DNA of 64,000 nt from Prochlorococcus sp. AG-363-G03. Its GTDB lineage: Bacteria > Cyanobacteriota > Cyanobacteriia > PCC-6307 > Cyanobiaceae. Shown one piece after another: positions 11,640 through 21,643 of this stretch. The notes under the pieces are model-generated. The model made no database searches, had not been told where the DNA came from, and saw only the letters and a list, made by a program, of their open reading frames with translations. Every line of letters begins with the position of its first letter. Position 1 is the first letter of the stretch. The stretch spans positions 36,415 to 100,414 of the forward strand of contig QCFJ01000001.1 in NCBI GenBank assembly GCA_003280265.1, in the 5' to 3' direction. Both the position numbers and the translations under genes were made by a program.

Positions 11640-12911
11640 TTGACTAATTTCAAGAATTTAAGAGGAATGGTAGATCTTTTGCCTGCTCAGAGTAAGGGTT
11701 GGCAAAAGGTCGAATCAATTGCAATAAAACATTTTAGTCGAGCTGGGATTAATGAAATTAGAACACCGATTATCGAGCAAACAGAATTGTTTTTAAGGGG
11801 AATTGGGGAAAACACTGATGTTGTGGGCAAAGAAATGTATAGCTTTGACGATAGAGGTGGTCGTTCTTGCACTTTGAGACCTGAAGGAACAGCTTCTGTT
11901 GCGAGGTCAATAGTTCAACATGGATTATTAAATAATGGGCCTCAAAGACTTTGGTATAGAGGTCCAATGTTTCGATACGAGCGACCTCAAGCAGGAAGAC
12001 AAAGGCAGTTCCATCAGATTGGAGTTGAATTTGTTGGATTGTCTTCTGTTATGAGTGACGCTGAGGTTATTTCAATTGCTTGGGACTTTTTAAAGGACGT
12101 TGGTCTAGTTGATTTGACTTTAGAAATTAATAGTCTTGGAAGTAATGAAGACCGAAATGTTTTCAAAGAAGAGTTAAAGAACTGGCTTAATCTTAGATTT
12201 GATTTGTTAGATGAAGATTCTCAGAAAAGAATAAATGTTAATCCCCTGAGAATATTAGATAGTAAAAATAATTCCACGAAAGAACTTTTATATGAAGCTC
12301 CTTCTTTAAACGACTTTTTATCGAAAAAGAGTAAAATTAGATTTGATTCTTTATTGGATCTACTCGATAAGCTAAAGATCCCATACAAAATCAACAATAA
12401 TTTGGTAAGGGGACTTGATTATTATTCTCATACAGCCTTTGAAATCACAAGCGATCACTTAGGCTCTCAAGCGACTGTCTGTGGTGGAGGTCGGTACGAT
12501 GGGCTAATAAGCGAGTTAGGAGGTCCTAAAACCCCCTCAATTGGATGGGCTATTGGGATGGAAAGGCTAATAATTCTTGCTGGAGAAAAAATTTTAGAGT
12601 CTAAATCTCCAGATATTTATGTCATCTATAGAGGGGAAAAAGCTGAGCAACTTGCTTTGGAAATTACTTGTCAGTTAAGATCATTCAACTTGAAAATAGA
12701 ATTGGACTACTCAGGCTCATCTTTCTCTAAACAATTTAAGCGTGCAGATAAGAGCAGGGCAAAATGGGCATTAACTATAGGGGAGGATGAAGCATCAAAA
12801 GGTCAATTATTGATGAAGAAATTAAGAGATAAATCAAAGGATGTCGAGAATAATGAATATATTTTTTTAAAGGAGGATCTAGATCAGTTAATTAAGAAAT
12901 TGATTGATTAA
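11640..12911 (+). CDS. hisS: Histidine--tRNA ligase
   Basis: [30 protein letters not shown] and GGGRYD motifs. Confidence 0.97.
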   Translation: MTNFKNLRGMVDLLPAQSKGWQKVESIAIKHFSRAGINEIRTPIIEQTELFLRGIGENTDVVGKEMYSFDDRGGRSCTLRPEGTASVARSIVQHGLLNNGPQRLWYRGPMFRYERPQAGRQRQFHQIGVEFVGLSSVMSDAEVISIAWDFLKDVGLVDLTLEINSLGSNEDRNVFKEELKNWLNLRFDLLDEDSQKRINVNPLRILDSKNNSTKELLYEAPSLNDFLSKKSKIRFDSLLDLLDKLKIPYKINNNLVRGLDYYSHTAFEITSDHLGSQATVCGGGRYDGLISELGGPKTPSIGWAIGMERLIILAGEKILESKSPDIYVIYRGEKAEQLALEITCQLRSFNLKIELDYSGSSFSKQFKRADKSRAKWALTIGEDEASKGQLLMKKLRDKSKDVENNEYIFLKEDLDQLIKKLID

Positions 12912-12932
12912 AAAAATGATGGATAGTTTTAA

Positions 12933-14336
12933 ATGAGCTCTATTAAAATTCAAAAAATATGTTGTATTGGTGCTGGTTATGTTGGGGGGCCAACTATGTC
13001 TGTTATTGCAGATAAATGTACCGATTTAGAAGTTAGGGTCGTTGATATCAATAAAGAACGAATTGATGCATGGAATGATTCAGATCTCAATAAATTGCCA
13101 ATATTTGAACCTGGACTAGATCGAATAATTTCACGAACTAGAGGACGAAACCTTTTCTTTAGTTCGGAAATGGCAAAGGCAATATCTGATGCTGATATGG
13201 TTTTTATTTCAGTTAACACTCCAACAAAAACAAAAGGTCTTGGAGCTGGACAAGCAAGTGATCTTAGTTGGGTAGAAGCTAGTGCCAGGCAAGTAGCTAA
13301 ATATTCAAAAGGGCACACAATAGTAATAGAAAAAAGTACTCTTCCAGTCCGTACTGCACAAGCAATAAAAGAGATACTTAAGACAACAAATAGAGATAAT
13401 AAAAAAAATGAAATACCAAAAACTTTTTCTGTCTTATCGAACCCTGAATTCTTGGCTGAGGGAACTGCTATTAATGACTTGGAAAATCCCGATAGGGTTT
13501 TAATTGGAGGAGAAGATCCTGAGGCTGTGGATGCGCTAGTTAATATTTATTTGAATTGGGTCCCTCATGAAAAGATTATTTGTACGAATTTATGGAGTAG
13601 CGAGCTTTCAAAATTAGCTGCGAATGCATTTCTTGCTCAAAGAATTAGTTCCATAAATTCTATTTCCGCTTTTTGTGAAGCTACTGGGGCTGATATTACG
13701 GAAGTTGCAAAAGCAATAGGAACAGATAAAAGGATAGGTGATCAGTTTCTTTGTGCAGGCCCTGGTTTTGGAGGAAGCTGCTTTAAAAAGGACATTTTGA
13801 ATTTAGTTTATTTAAGTGGATATTTTGGGTTGCCAGAGGTTGCAAAATATTGGAGTCAAGTTGTGGAACTAAATACTTGGCAGCAAGATAGGATTTACAA
13901 AATTGTTCTTGAGAAGCTTTTCGGAACAGTTAATGGAAAGAACATAGCAATACTCGGCTTTTCCTTTAAAGCAAATACAAACGACACTCGAGAGTCTCCT
14001 GCTATAAGTATTTCTGGTGATTTGCTCGAAGAAGGGGCTACTTTATCAATTTATGACCCAATGGTCTCATTTGAGAGAATAGAGGAAGATTTAGAAAAGT
14101 TTTCATTAAATAATCAAGGGATTTGGAAAATGGCCAATTCCATTCCAGAAGCATTGAAAAATGTTGATGCCGTTTTAATTCTTACAGCATGGGATGAATT
14201 CTTTGGACTTGATTGGAATTCTTTAGCTTCTTTAATGAGATCACCAGCTTGGATTTTTGATACTAGATCTGTTGTCAATCGACAAGAAATCGAGAATACA
14301 GACATAAATCTCTGGAAGTTAGGTGAAGGGAGTTAA
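12933..14336 (+). CDS. ugd: UDP-glucose 6-dehydrogenase
   Basis: GAGYVGG, NPEFLAEG, GFGGSCFKKD and FKANTNDTRESPA motifs. Confidence 0.95.
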   Translation: MSSIKIQKICCIGAGYVGGPTMSVIADKCTDLEVRVVDINKERIDAWNDSDLNKLPIFEPGLDRIISRTRGRNLFFSSEMAKAISDADMVFISVNTPTKTKGLGAGQASDLSWVEASARQVAKYSKGHTIVIEKSTLPVRTAQAIKEILKTTNRDNKKNEIPKTFSVLSNPEFLAEGTAINDLENPDRVLIGGEDPEAVDALVNIYLNWVPHEKIICTNLWSSELSKLAANAFLAQRISSINSISAFCEATGADITEVAKAIGTDKRIGDQFLCAGPGFGGSCFKKDILNLVYLSGYFGLPEVAKYWSQVVELNTWQQDRIYKIVLEKLFGTVNGKNIAILGFSFKANTNDTRESPAISISGDLLEEGATLSIYDPMVSFERIEEDLEKFSLNNQGIWKMANSIPEALKNVDAVLILTAWDEFFGLDWNSLASLMRSPAWIFDTRSVVNRQEIENTDINLWKLGEGS

Positions 14337-14420
14337 AATAAATTAATACAAACTATATATTTTTATTTATTCTTAAAAAAAAATATGTTTAGTTTTTAAT
14401 TAATTTATTTTTATAAAAAG

Positions 14421-14630
14421 ATGATCCTTGAATTTATTTTTAAAAGACAGAGAAGAAAAAATCAGAAAGAAATTAAATCTACTTCTAATATATATGGATG
14501 GATGGATCTATCCAAAGAAGAAAGGCTGGAAATAGATTATAAAGAAAAGGACGAAACAATGAAAAAGAAAAAAGAATTATTGAAATTAATTAGAAAAGAA
14601 TATATCAAATTAAAGAATAATAAAAAATAA
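14421..14630 (+). CDS. Small basic hypothetical protein
   Basis: 69-aa ORF, Lys/Glu-rich, in a run of same-strand small genes. Confidence 0.55.
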   Translation: MILEFIFKRQRRKNQKEIKSTSNIYGWMDLSKEERLEIDYKEKDETMKKKKELLKLIRKEYIKLKNNKK

Positions 14631-14693
14631 TTTTGACTTATTAAATCTAAAAGATTGATACTTTAAAATTACAAGGAAAAATTTACCTTTTTT

Positions 14694-15029
14694 ATGATTT
14701 GGCCTCCTTTAAAAGCTTGGACTAGTAAATTTTTAATTGAAGGGCAGACACATTTTGTCGCTATAAGTTATGGAGGCACACTCGAGGATAGATGGGTCAT
14801 CTTGATTTCTGTTCTTGAATCGAGTTTGGTTGTGAAAGTTTCTTGGTCTCAATTAATTGATTCGTCTTATTGGGAATGTGGATGGAATGAAAGAAATTGT
14901 TCAAAGAATTTTCAGGGTATTAATAGTATTGAGAAAATAACTAATACCTTTACGCATCTATCTATTGATTCTGGCTTAACAATACCTATAACCAAGGATT
15001 TCATTAGACCCTGGTTTCGCAATACATAA
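14694..15029 (+). CDS. TIGR02450-type Trp-rich protein
   Basis: WPPLKAWTS...HFV...W..L.....W..GW pattern. Confidence 0.75.
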   Translation: MIWPPLKAWTSKFLIEGQTHFVAISYGGTLEDRWVILISVLESSLVVKVSWSQLIDSSYWECGWNERNCSKNFQGINSIEKITNTFTHLSIDSGLTIPITKDFIRPWFRNT

Positions 15030-15080
15030 TCTTTCTTTTTTGAGATATTTACGTTAAAAAAAGAGAAAGATTGACTAAGG

Positions 15081-15323
15081 ATGATAGAGCCTTCTAATTG
15101 GTTGTCAAAAAAAGAAGCTAGTGCTTTTTTTAAAGTTAATGAGCAAACGTTAGAGTCTTTGAGAGAAGAAGGATATTTGAAACCTGGGTTTCATTGGAGA
15201 AGTTCTTCTGATCCAGATCAATTGCCATGGAAACCAATACCTTTTTATCATATAAGTCTATGTAAAGAAGTTGTTGAAAATTGGAAAGAAAATCATGTTT
15301 CGGTTCAGCAAATAGCTGCTTAA
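15081..15323 (+). CDS. Small excisionase/MerR-like winged-HTH protein
   Basis: WLSKKEASAFFKVNEQTLESLREEGYLKPGFHW pattern. Confidence 0.65.
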   Translation: MIEPSNWLSKKEASAFFKVNEQTLESLREEGYLKPGFHWRSSSDPDQLPWKPIPFYHISLCKEVVENWKENHVSVQQIAA

Positions 15324-15368
15324 CCAATAAAAGATTTCAATGAGTAGATTTTATGAAAATATTGTGTC

Positions 15369-15533
15369 CTAAGCTACTAGATTTTCTCCTTTACAGTCTT
15401 TGATAGTCGACTCAAGAACTGGATAAAGAGAAATCATTTTCCCATATTGAGGTGAAGTTCTATAGGAATTCGCTTTTTCTCTATAGTGATCCTCTGTCTC
15501 CATCTCTAGGCCATTAAATCGTTTCAATGCCAT
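15369..15533 (-). CDS. Small hypothetical protein (54 aa, not in ORF track)
   Basis: Manual translation MALKRFNGLEMETEDHYREKANSYRTSPQYGKMISLYPVLESTIKDCKGENLVA; locally higher GC than its flanks. Confidence 0.55.
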   Translation of the reverse strand: MALKRFNGLEMETEDHYREKANSYRTSPQYGKMISLYPVLESTIKDCKGENLVA

Positions 15534-15909
15534 GGCGTTTAAATAAATGTATTTAATTATTTAATAGTTGTAAATAAAGACAGCAAATTGATCTTTTATA
15601 TTAATTACATATTTGAGTGTGATTGTATTGATTTTTCCCCTTGATTGGTTTCGAATGCCTGATATAAATGTTTTTTATGTATCAATTAATTCTTAAATTA
15701 AAAGATTCTTAGTTTGAGGGAATGCATGGTTTCATATGTAATTAATACTCTGCGTTCTGCTTTTTCTATTTCAAAAATTATTTTTCTGATAATTTTTTTA
15801 GTTCTTTCTGATTTAAATAATAAAAAAAATTTACAGATTCTTTCTCTTGCATGTTTATTTCGTGAATTTGCAGTAATCTCCGATCGGTTTTGAAAAAATT
15901 GCACTTCTA

Positions 15910-16962
15910 ATGCAGACCTATGGAAATCCAGGTGTCACCTACGGGTGGTGGGCTGGCAACTCAGGGGTCACCAACCGCTCAGGCAAATTTATTGCTGCAC
16001 ATGCCGCTCATACCGGCTTGATTGCTTTCTGGGCTGGTGCCTTCACGTTATTTGAACTGGCTCGTTTTGACCCATCTGTACCAATGGGTCATCAGCCTTT
16101 AATTGCGCTTCCTCATTTAGCAGCTCTAGGTTTAGGTTTTGATGAGACAGGTACTTTTGTGGGTGGTACTGCAGTCGTTTCAATTGCAGTCGTTCACTTA
16201 GTTTTGTCAATGGTTTATGGTGCTGGTGGATTAATGCATTCATTGCTTTTCTCTAGCGATATGCAGGACTCTTCAGTAGTTCAAGCTAGGAAATTTAAAC
16301 TTGAATGGGATAACCCTGACAACCAGACTTTCATCCTTGGACATCATTTGATTTTCTTTGGGGTTGCTTGTATTTGGTTCGTTGAATGGGCCAGAATTCA
16401 TGGAATTTATGATCCTGCTGTTGGAGCGATCCGCCAGGTTGAGTATGACCTTAATTTGAGTCATATATGGGATCACCAGTTTGACTTCCTTACAATTGAT
16501 AGTTTGGAAGATGTTATGGGAGGTCATGCTTTCTTGGCTTTCTTGGAAATTACTGGTGGAGCCTTCCATATCGCTACTAAGCAAGTTGGAGAATATACGA
16601 AGTTCAAAGGAGCTGGTCTTCTTTCCGCAGAAGCTATTCTTTCTTGGTCTCTAGCTGGTATTGGCTGGATGGCAGTTGTTGCAGCATTCTGGTGCGCGCA
16701 AAACACTACTGTCTATCCGGTTGAATGGTTCGGTGAACCATTGGCACTTAAGTTTGGCATTTCTCCTTATTGGATTGATACTGTTGATCTCCCTAACGGA
16801 GCTCATACATCTCGTGCATGGCTCTCTAACGTTCATTATTACTTTGGATTCTTCTTTATCCAAGGTCATCTTTGGCATGCTCTAAGGGCAATGGGATTCG
16901 ATTTCAAACGAGTAACAAATGCTTTGAGTAATCTTGATACTGCTTCTGTATCATTAAAGTAG
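15910..16962 (+). CDS. pcbA: Chlorophyll a/b-binding light-harvesting protein Pcb (PcbA-like)
   Basis: MQTYGNP..TYGWWAGN, AAHAAHTGL and GHLWHALRA motifs; six TM helices; paralog letter inferred from hisS/gltS synteny. Confidence 0.9.
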   Translation: MQTYGNPGVTYGWWAGNSGVTNRSGKFIAAHAAHTGLIAFWAGAFTLFELARFDPSVPMGHQPLIALPHLAALGLGFDETGTFVGGTAVVSIAVVHLVLSMVYGAGGLMHSLLFSSDMQDSSVVQARKFKLEWDNPDNQTFILGHHLIFFGVACIWFVEWARIHGIYDPAVGAIRQVEYDLNLSHIWDHQFDFLTIDSLEDVMGGHAFLAFLEITGGAFHIATKQVGEYTKFKGAGLLSAEAILSWSLAGIGWMAVVAAFWCAQNTTVYPVEWFGEPLALKFGISPYWIDTVDLPNGAHTSRAWLSNVHYYFGFFFIQGHLWHALRAMGFDFKRVTNALSNLDTASVSLK

Positions 16963-16986
16963 TTAAATAAAATTAACTCAATAAAT

Positions 16987-17016
16987 AAAGGCCCTTCTTT
17001 ATGTGGGGCTTTTTTA
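16987..17016 (+). terminator. Rho-independent terminator after pcb
   Basis: AAAGGCCCT...GGGGCTTTTTT stem followed by a U-tract. Confidence 0.75.
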
Positions 17017-17404
17017 TTGAGTAGTTTTATTTTTTATTTCTTGATTTTTAAGTAAGGGAGAATGTTAAATGAATGATTTATTTAAACTTATAATCAGAGA
17101 GTTATAATTTCTAAATATGGAAAAAAGCAATTAGTTAGATTTAATATTAAAAATTTGTTTGGCTGAGCTCATTTCAAATGCAGATATTTTTTATTACTTA
17201 AGTATATATGGAATTTTATTTTTATTTTAAATAAATTTATTTAATCATGAGCTAATTCATGCTTAATCAGATATTTACTAAAAATTAGGGTAAAGTAAAA
17301 GAGTTGGTTGAGATATAATAAGAACAAAATTTGATTTGGATATTAAATATTCATATGGGATATTATTTTTTTAGGTTTTATTTATTTCGTAAGTGAATTA
17401 ATAG

Positions 17405-18790
17405 ATGAGCCAGTTGATTTTTGGTTTTGATGACCTATATAAAATTAATGCAATCCCAACATTAGTCCTTTCCTTGGGTTTGCTTGGAATTATAGGGATT
17501 CTTTTAACCCTGGGCAGACGATTGGATTCTGCGATGAAGTTAGAAAGATTTGGTATTCCAATAGCCCTTTTAGTTGGAGCATTAGGCTTTTTAATTGGTC
17601 CTTATGGACCTTTTTCATTATTGCCAGAAAGGGTTTTGAGTACATGGATGCAACTACCAACTCCTTTGCTTACCTTGGTTTTTGCGACTTTAATGTTAGG
17701 GAGACCTATTCCGAGAATCAGCGTTTTATGGAAACCAGTTGCTTCGCAGGCATTGTTGGGACTTGTTCTAGGTTTTGGCCAATATGTTGTTGGCGGGATA
17801 ATTGTATTGTCATTTCTACTTCCTTATTTAGGGGTAGATCCACTGATGGGATGCATTATTGAGGTTGGTTTTGAAGGAGGACATGGGGCTGCCGCAATAA
17901 TGGGGGACAGTTTTAGGAAGTTAGGTTTCCCAGAGGGATTAGATCTAGGTTTTGCTATGGCAACAGTAGGCTTACTATCTTCAACTTTATTAGGGAGCGG
18001 TTTGGTTGTGCTAGGTAGGTTCTTTGGATGGCTAGTACCTGCTGAAGAAGAGATCAGAAATGATTTAAATGATATAAATTTAGAATTTAAACCAATTGAA
18101 CAATTTAAGTTGCTTCTGTATAACTTTGCTCTGGCAGGATTAGCGGTATTAGTTGGTATTTTTTTACTCTATTGTTTAAGACTATCTTCTCAATACTTAG
18201 GAGATATAAGTAAGCAGGTAATATTAGCTTTCCCTGTATTTCCATTGGCTTTAATTGGTTCATTTCTTATAAGATTTTCATTAGAAAATACTGGGAATAC
18301 AAAATTTGTCTCATCACTTTTTCAACGTGAGATTGGGATACTCTCAACAGATTTGCTTATCATTACTGCTATGGCGGGATTAAATTTACCTTTATTGGTT
18401 GATTACTGGTTGCCCATAACTATTTTGGCCATTGGTGGGTTATTTTGGAATCTTGCAGGAATGTTGATTTTTTCTAAATTATTTTTTAAAGAAGAATGGT
18501 TTGAAAGAGCGATAGCAGAGTTTGGAAATTCAACGGGGGTTGCAGCGAGTGGACTATTGCTTTTGAGATTGGCTGATCCAAGAAATTCTACTAATACTTT
18601 ACCTGTATTTTCTATTAAGCAATTATTTCTTCAACCACTTCTTTCTGGAGGATTAATTACTGTAATAGCACCTTTGTTTATTAGTAATTATGGGCTTAGG
18701 GAGTGGACAGAATTTTGTGGAGTAATTTCATTATCTTTATGCGCAGTCGCAATATCTTTGCAGTCAAAATATACTAAAGCCTCAGAATGA
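17405..18790 (+). CDS. Sodium:glutamate symporter family (GltS/ESS)
   Basis: Multi-TM protein with GFEGGHGAA, ATVGL and G..TG....GLLLLRLADP motifs. Confidence 0.85.
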   Translation: MSQLIFGFDDLYKINAIPTLVLSLGLLGIIGILLTLGRRLDSAMKLERFGIPIALLVGALGFLIGPYGPFSLLPERVLSTWMQLPTPLLTLVFATLMLGRPIPRISVLWKPVASQALLGLVLGFGQYVVGGIIVLSFLLPYLGVDPLMGCIIEVGFEGGHGAAAIMGDSFRKLGFPEGLDLGFAMATVGLLSSTLLGSGLVVLGRFFGWLVPAEEEIRNDLNDINLEFKPIEQFKLLLYNFALAGLAVLVGIFLLYCLRLSSQYLGDISKQVILAFPVFPLALIGSFLIRFSLENTGNTKFVSSLFQREIGILSTDLLIITAMAGLNLPLLVDYWLPITILAIGGLFWNLAGMLIFSKLFFKEEWFERAIAEFGNSTGVAASGLLLLRLADPRNSTNTLPVFSIKQLFLQPLLSGGLITVIAPLFISNYGLREWTEFCGVISLSLCAVAISLQSKYTKASE

Positions 18791-18871
18791 CAATTAATAC
18801 ACTTAAGAGTAGTTATAACTTATAAAAATGTTAGTTTTAATAAACTATTTCTCCCCCGCCCCCCTTTTTAT

Positions 18872-19129
18872 ATGAACCGACAAATTTACAAAGATATTCC
18901 TCCACAAGAATTAAAAGAAAAATGGTTTAAAAGTCATCTTCTAGGAAAAGAGGTTGAATTAAGAGAACTTTATGAGTTGCCTCAGGATCAGTTAGATTTA
19001 ATTATGGCAGAGACTGCTGAGTTTAGGAGCGATATAGGAAACAGAGATAGAAATTTAGGTAAATTTTGTACTGCTGGCTATTTCTTAGAACTATCAAGAA
19101 TCATTGACAAAAGAAGGTCTTCAGAATGA
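18872..19129 (+). CDS. Conserved hypothetical protein
   Basis: 85-aa ORF with normal composition. Confidence 0.7.
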   Translation: MNRQIYKDIPPQELKEKWFKSHLLGKEVELRELYELPQDQLDLIMAETAEFRSDIGNRDRNLGKFCTAGYFLELSRIIDKRRSSE

Positions 19130-19133
19130 ATTT

Positions 19134-19808
19134 CTACTTTTTTTCTCCAAAGATAATGGGATCATTTTGGTTACTCCAAGGTTCATTCTTTTTCATGACT
19201 ACTGAATACTTTTTGTGAGTTAAATAATAATTTAACCAACTTCTTAAGAACTTGATTTCATGGTTTTGATCAAACTTTTTGATTTCCGCAATTCTAAATT
19301 GCCTTACAAATGGCCAGATAGCCCAATCGGCTAGAGTTTCTTTTGCATCAACAAGAAATAGCGGTTTACCTTTATTTGAAAATTCTTTTAATCTATTGTT
19401 TAAAGATAAAAGTATTTTCATGCCAGCAGTTCGATGAGTTTCTGATTCCTCTAAATTGAATCTAGATGCATATTTATATCGATCCAAATGATATTTAAAT
19501 ATTTTATCATTTGTTTCTATGAGACTAAATATTTCTTGTGATTTAGCACTATTTTTACCAAGCAATTCATGCATATTTGATCTTTCAATACTCCAGATCA
19601 TTATGTCTAGACTCTCATCAATTACTTTATCGAAACTAGTTTTCAATACTGGTACAGTTGCTTTCTTTGAGATTTGAATTAATTCAATAGGTTTGTTCTT
19701 TAGTATGACCTCTCTTAATTCCACTATCTGATTTGTATTTATTAAAGCCCATCTAGCTCTAATGGCGTAAGGACATCGCCTAAAGCTATATAGAATATTG
19801 TGCTTCAT
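19134..19808 (-). CDS. Glutathione S-transferase family protein
   Basis: LYSFRRCPYAIRAR, TVPVL, IDESLDI and ADWAIWPFVRQF motifs. Confidence 0.92.
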   Translation of the reverse strand: MKHNILYSFRRCPYAIRARWALINTNQIVELREVILKNKPIELIQISKKATVPVLKTSFDKVIDESLDIMIWSIERSNMHELLGKNSAKSQEIFSLIETNDKIFKYHLDRYKYASRFNLEESETHRTAGMKILLSLNNRLKEFSNKGKPLFLVDAKETLADWAIWPFVRQFRIAEIKKFDQNHEIKFLRSWLNYYLTHKKYSVVMKKNEPWSNQNDPIIFGEKK

Positions 19809-19866
19809 AATTTTCCTGTTAAAATCATCTTGTGAGCTATTCCAATATATGTTTAGTCAATCCTAT

Positions 19867-19909
19867 AAATCATAAAGGATATGCTTAATAAGTATATCCT
19901 TTATGATTT
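19867..19909. repeat. 43-bp near-perfect inverted repeat between divergent genes
   Basis: AAATCATAAAGGATATGCTT-AAT-AAGTATATCCTTTATGATTT; arms match 19/20. Confidence 0.9.
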
Positions 19910-19993
19910 TCCTTGGAAATTATATTTTACTATAAAAATATAATCCATTGTTTTCATATTTCATTCGCATCATTTCTCAAAAAAAATTAAATT

Positions 19994-20554
19994 ATGTCAG
20001 AATTTGTTTATTTAATGAAAAATGGTGATTTATATAAACTCGGATGTACTTCTGATTTGAAAAGTGAGGCTAGCAAAATGAAATCTTGTGAAATAATCTC
20101 TTCTTTCAAAACTAATGATCCCAAATCCTTTCAGGTGAGATTGCTAAGACTTTATAAGAAAAAAAGAATCCCAGATACGAACTATTTTCGTTTGTCCGAA
20201 TCAGAAGTTAATAATTGTAGAAAACATTTAGAAGGTAAAAGTAAATTACCAAAAACTTTAAGTGATGAGTTAAGAATAGGTTTGAATGGGTCTCTGCTAT
20301 TTGCAAGCATAGCTTTTTTGATTTCATTTCTAATAAATAATATGTTGATTTTTAGTTTTTTTCTTTCAATATTATTTTCCTCTCTTCCTATGTGGTCACT
20401 TGCAATTTTTGGTAGCTTTGGAGGCTACGATGTTGATGATCTTCCTCTTTTCTCGACAGTTTCTAACAGATTAAAAGGCTTTTTGATTGCTATTTCGATG
20501 ACTTCATCCGCGTATGTACTATATACTCTTTCCCATTTTTCAATTGCATTTTGA
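19994..20554 (+). CDS. GIY-YIG-like (T5orf172/MUG113) domain protein with C-terminal membrane helices
   Basis: FVYLMKNGDLYKLGCT ... YFRL N-terminal domain, then about 3 hydrophobic segments. Confidence 0.7.
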   Translation: MSEFVYLMKNGDLYKLGCTSDLKSEASKMKSCEIISSFKTNDPKSFQVRLLRLYKKKRIPDTNYFRLSESEVNNCRKHLEGKSKLPKTLSDELRIGLNGSLLFASIAFLISFLINNMLIFSFFLSILFSSLPMWSLAIFGSFGGYDVDDLPLFSTVSNRLKGFLIAISMTSSAYVLYTLSHFSIAF

Positions 20555-20656
20555 TCTGAGTCCCTTTTTGTTTCTATACATATAATTATTAATTTCTTGC
20601 TTGATAATTGAATTATGGCTATTAAGATACTTAATAGCTAATGTTATTTAGCAAGT

Positions 20657-20911
20657 ATGAACATTTCTGATTACCTTCAATTTTTAGAACCAATACAAGA
20701 ACAGCTTAATAAGGTTTACTCTATTGCTTCTTTGGCTATTACTGTTTTGCTATGTTTGTGGCTTTTTAATTTTGTAGTTGGTCTCATACAACGAACATAT
20801 TCTGTAGGTAAAGCCATTGGAAGTTTTTATAGAAATTACTTTCATAAGTATCTCCGTAAGGCAATACTGGGAGTCTTGAATACATTCAAGAAAACTACTA
20901 ATCCTATTTAG
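20657..20911 (+). CDS. Small hypothetical membrane protein
   Basis: 84-aa ORF with one TM segment. Confidence 0.6.
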   Translation: MNISDYLQFLEPIQEQLNKVYSIASLAITVLLCLWLFNFVVGLIQRTYSVGKAIGSFYRNYFHKYLRKAILGVLNTFKKTTNPI

Positions 20912-20929
20912 GGAAAGAAACCTTTTGCT

Positions 20930-21643
20930 CTAAATTGTTTTTTCAAGTTGACAATTTATGGCTATTTCAAAGGGAACTGCACTGTTTGGTAAATCAAGTA
21001 AATTTGAACATATATTTGCAATATCATTTGCTTGGGTCATATCTTTTTTGGGAAAATGATTTATTTCTTTAGCCATATCTGTATTTACCCATCCTGGGCA
21101 AATAGCAGTAACTCTAATACCTTTTTCCCAACCTTCATTTCGCATGGTTTGGCATAGACTCATTAAAGCGAATTTGCTCATTGAATAACCAGCCAAGTTG
21201 CCTTTTGATCGTTTTCCACTCATCGACACCAATACAATTATTCTTCCTGAATTATTTTTTGATAAGTACTTCCATGCATCTTTTGTTAATATCCAAGGTC
21301 CCATTACATTAACTTTCCATAAATTTTCAATATCTTGCATATCATTATCATTAAAAATAAGACTTGTTCTTTTAAAAATTCCTGCGCAATGAATTATAGT
21401 GTCAATATTTTTAAAAGTTTTTACTGTTCTTTCTATCCATTCCTTTGATGAATTTTCATTTGTTGCATCATAGGTGTTTATAATTAATCTATTTGAGTTG
21501 TTTAACTTTGGGTCTAACTTTGTATTGATTAAATCTTCTTTTTTTCTTACTCCTAAGCTAATGTAATGTCCTTCCTTAAGTAATTTTAAAGCTATCGCTT
21601 TACCTATTCCTCTACTTGATCCACTTATAAGAATATTTCTCAT
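20930..21643 (-). CDS. Short-chain dehydrogenase/reductase
   Basis: SGSSRGIG, YSMSK and CPGWVNTDM motifs. Confidence 0.9.
   Translation of the reverse strand: MRNILISGSSRGIGKAIALKLLKEGHYISLGVRKKEDLINTKLDPKLNNSNRLIINTYDATNENSSKEWIERTVKTFKNIDTIIHCAGIFKRTSLIFNDNDMQDIENLWKVNVMGPWILTKDAWKYLSKNNSGRIIVLVSMSGKRSKGNLAGYSMSKFALMSLCQTMRNEGWEKGIRVTAICPGWVNTDMAKEINHFPKKDMTQANDIANICSNLLDLPNSAVPFEIAINCQLEKTI

Noticed and set aside
15698-15904. 68-aa minus-strand ORF upstream of pcb
   Set aside because: Lies over the AT-rich pcb promoter/5'UTR; low-complexity K/I/F/R composition suggests a chance frame
18851-18870. C-rich tract CTCCCCCGCCCCCC just before an ATG
   Set aside because: Striking in AT-rich DNA, but has only two G-runs (no G-quadruplex), no complementary arm, and is too short to support phase variation
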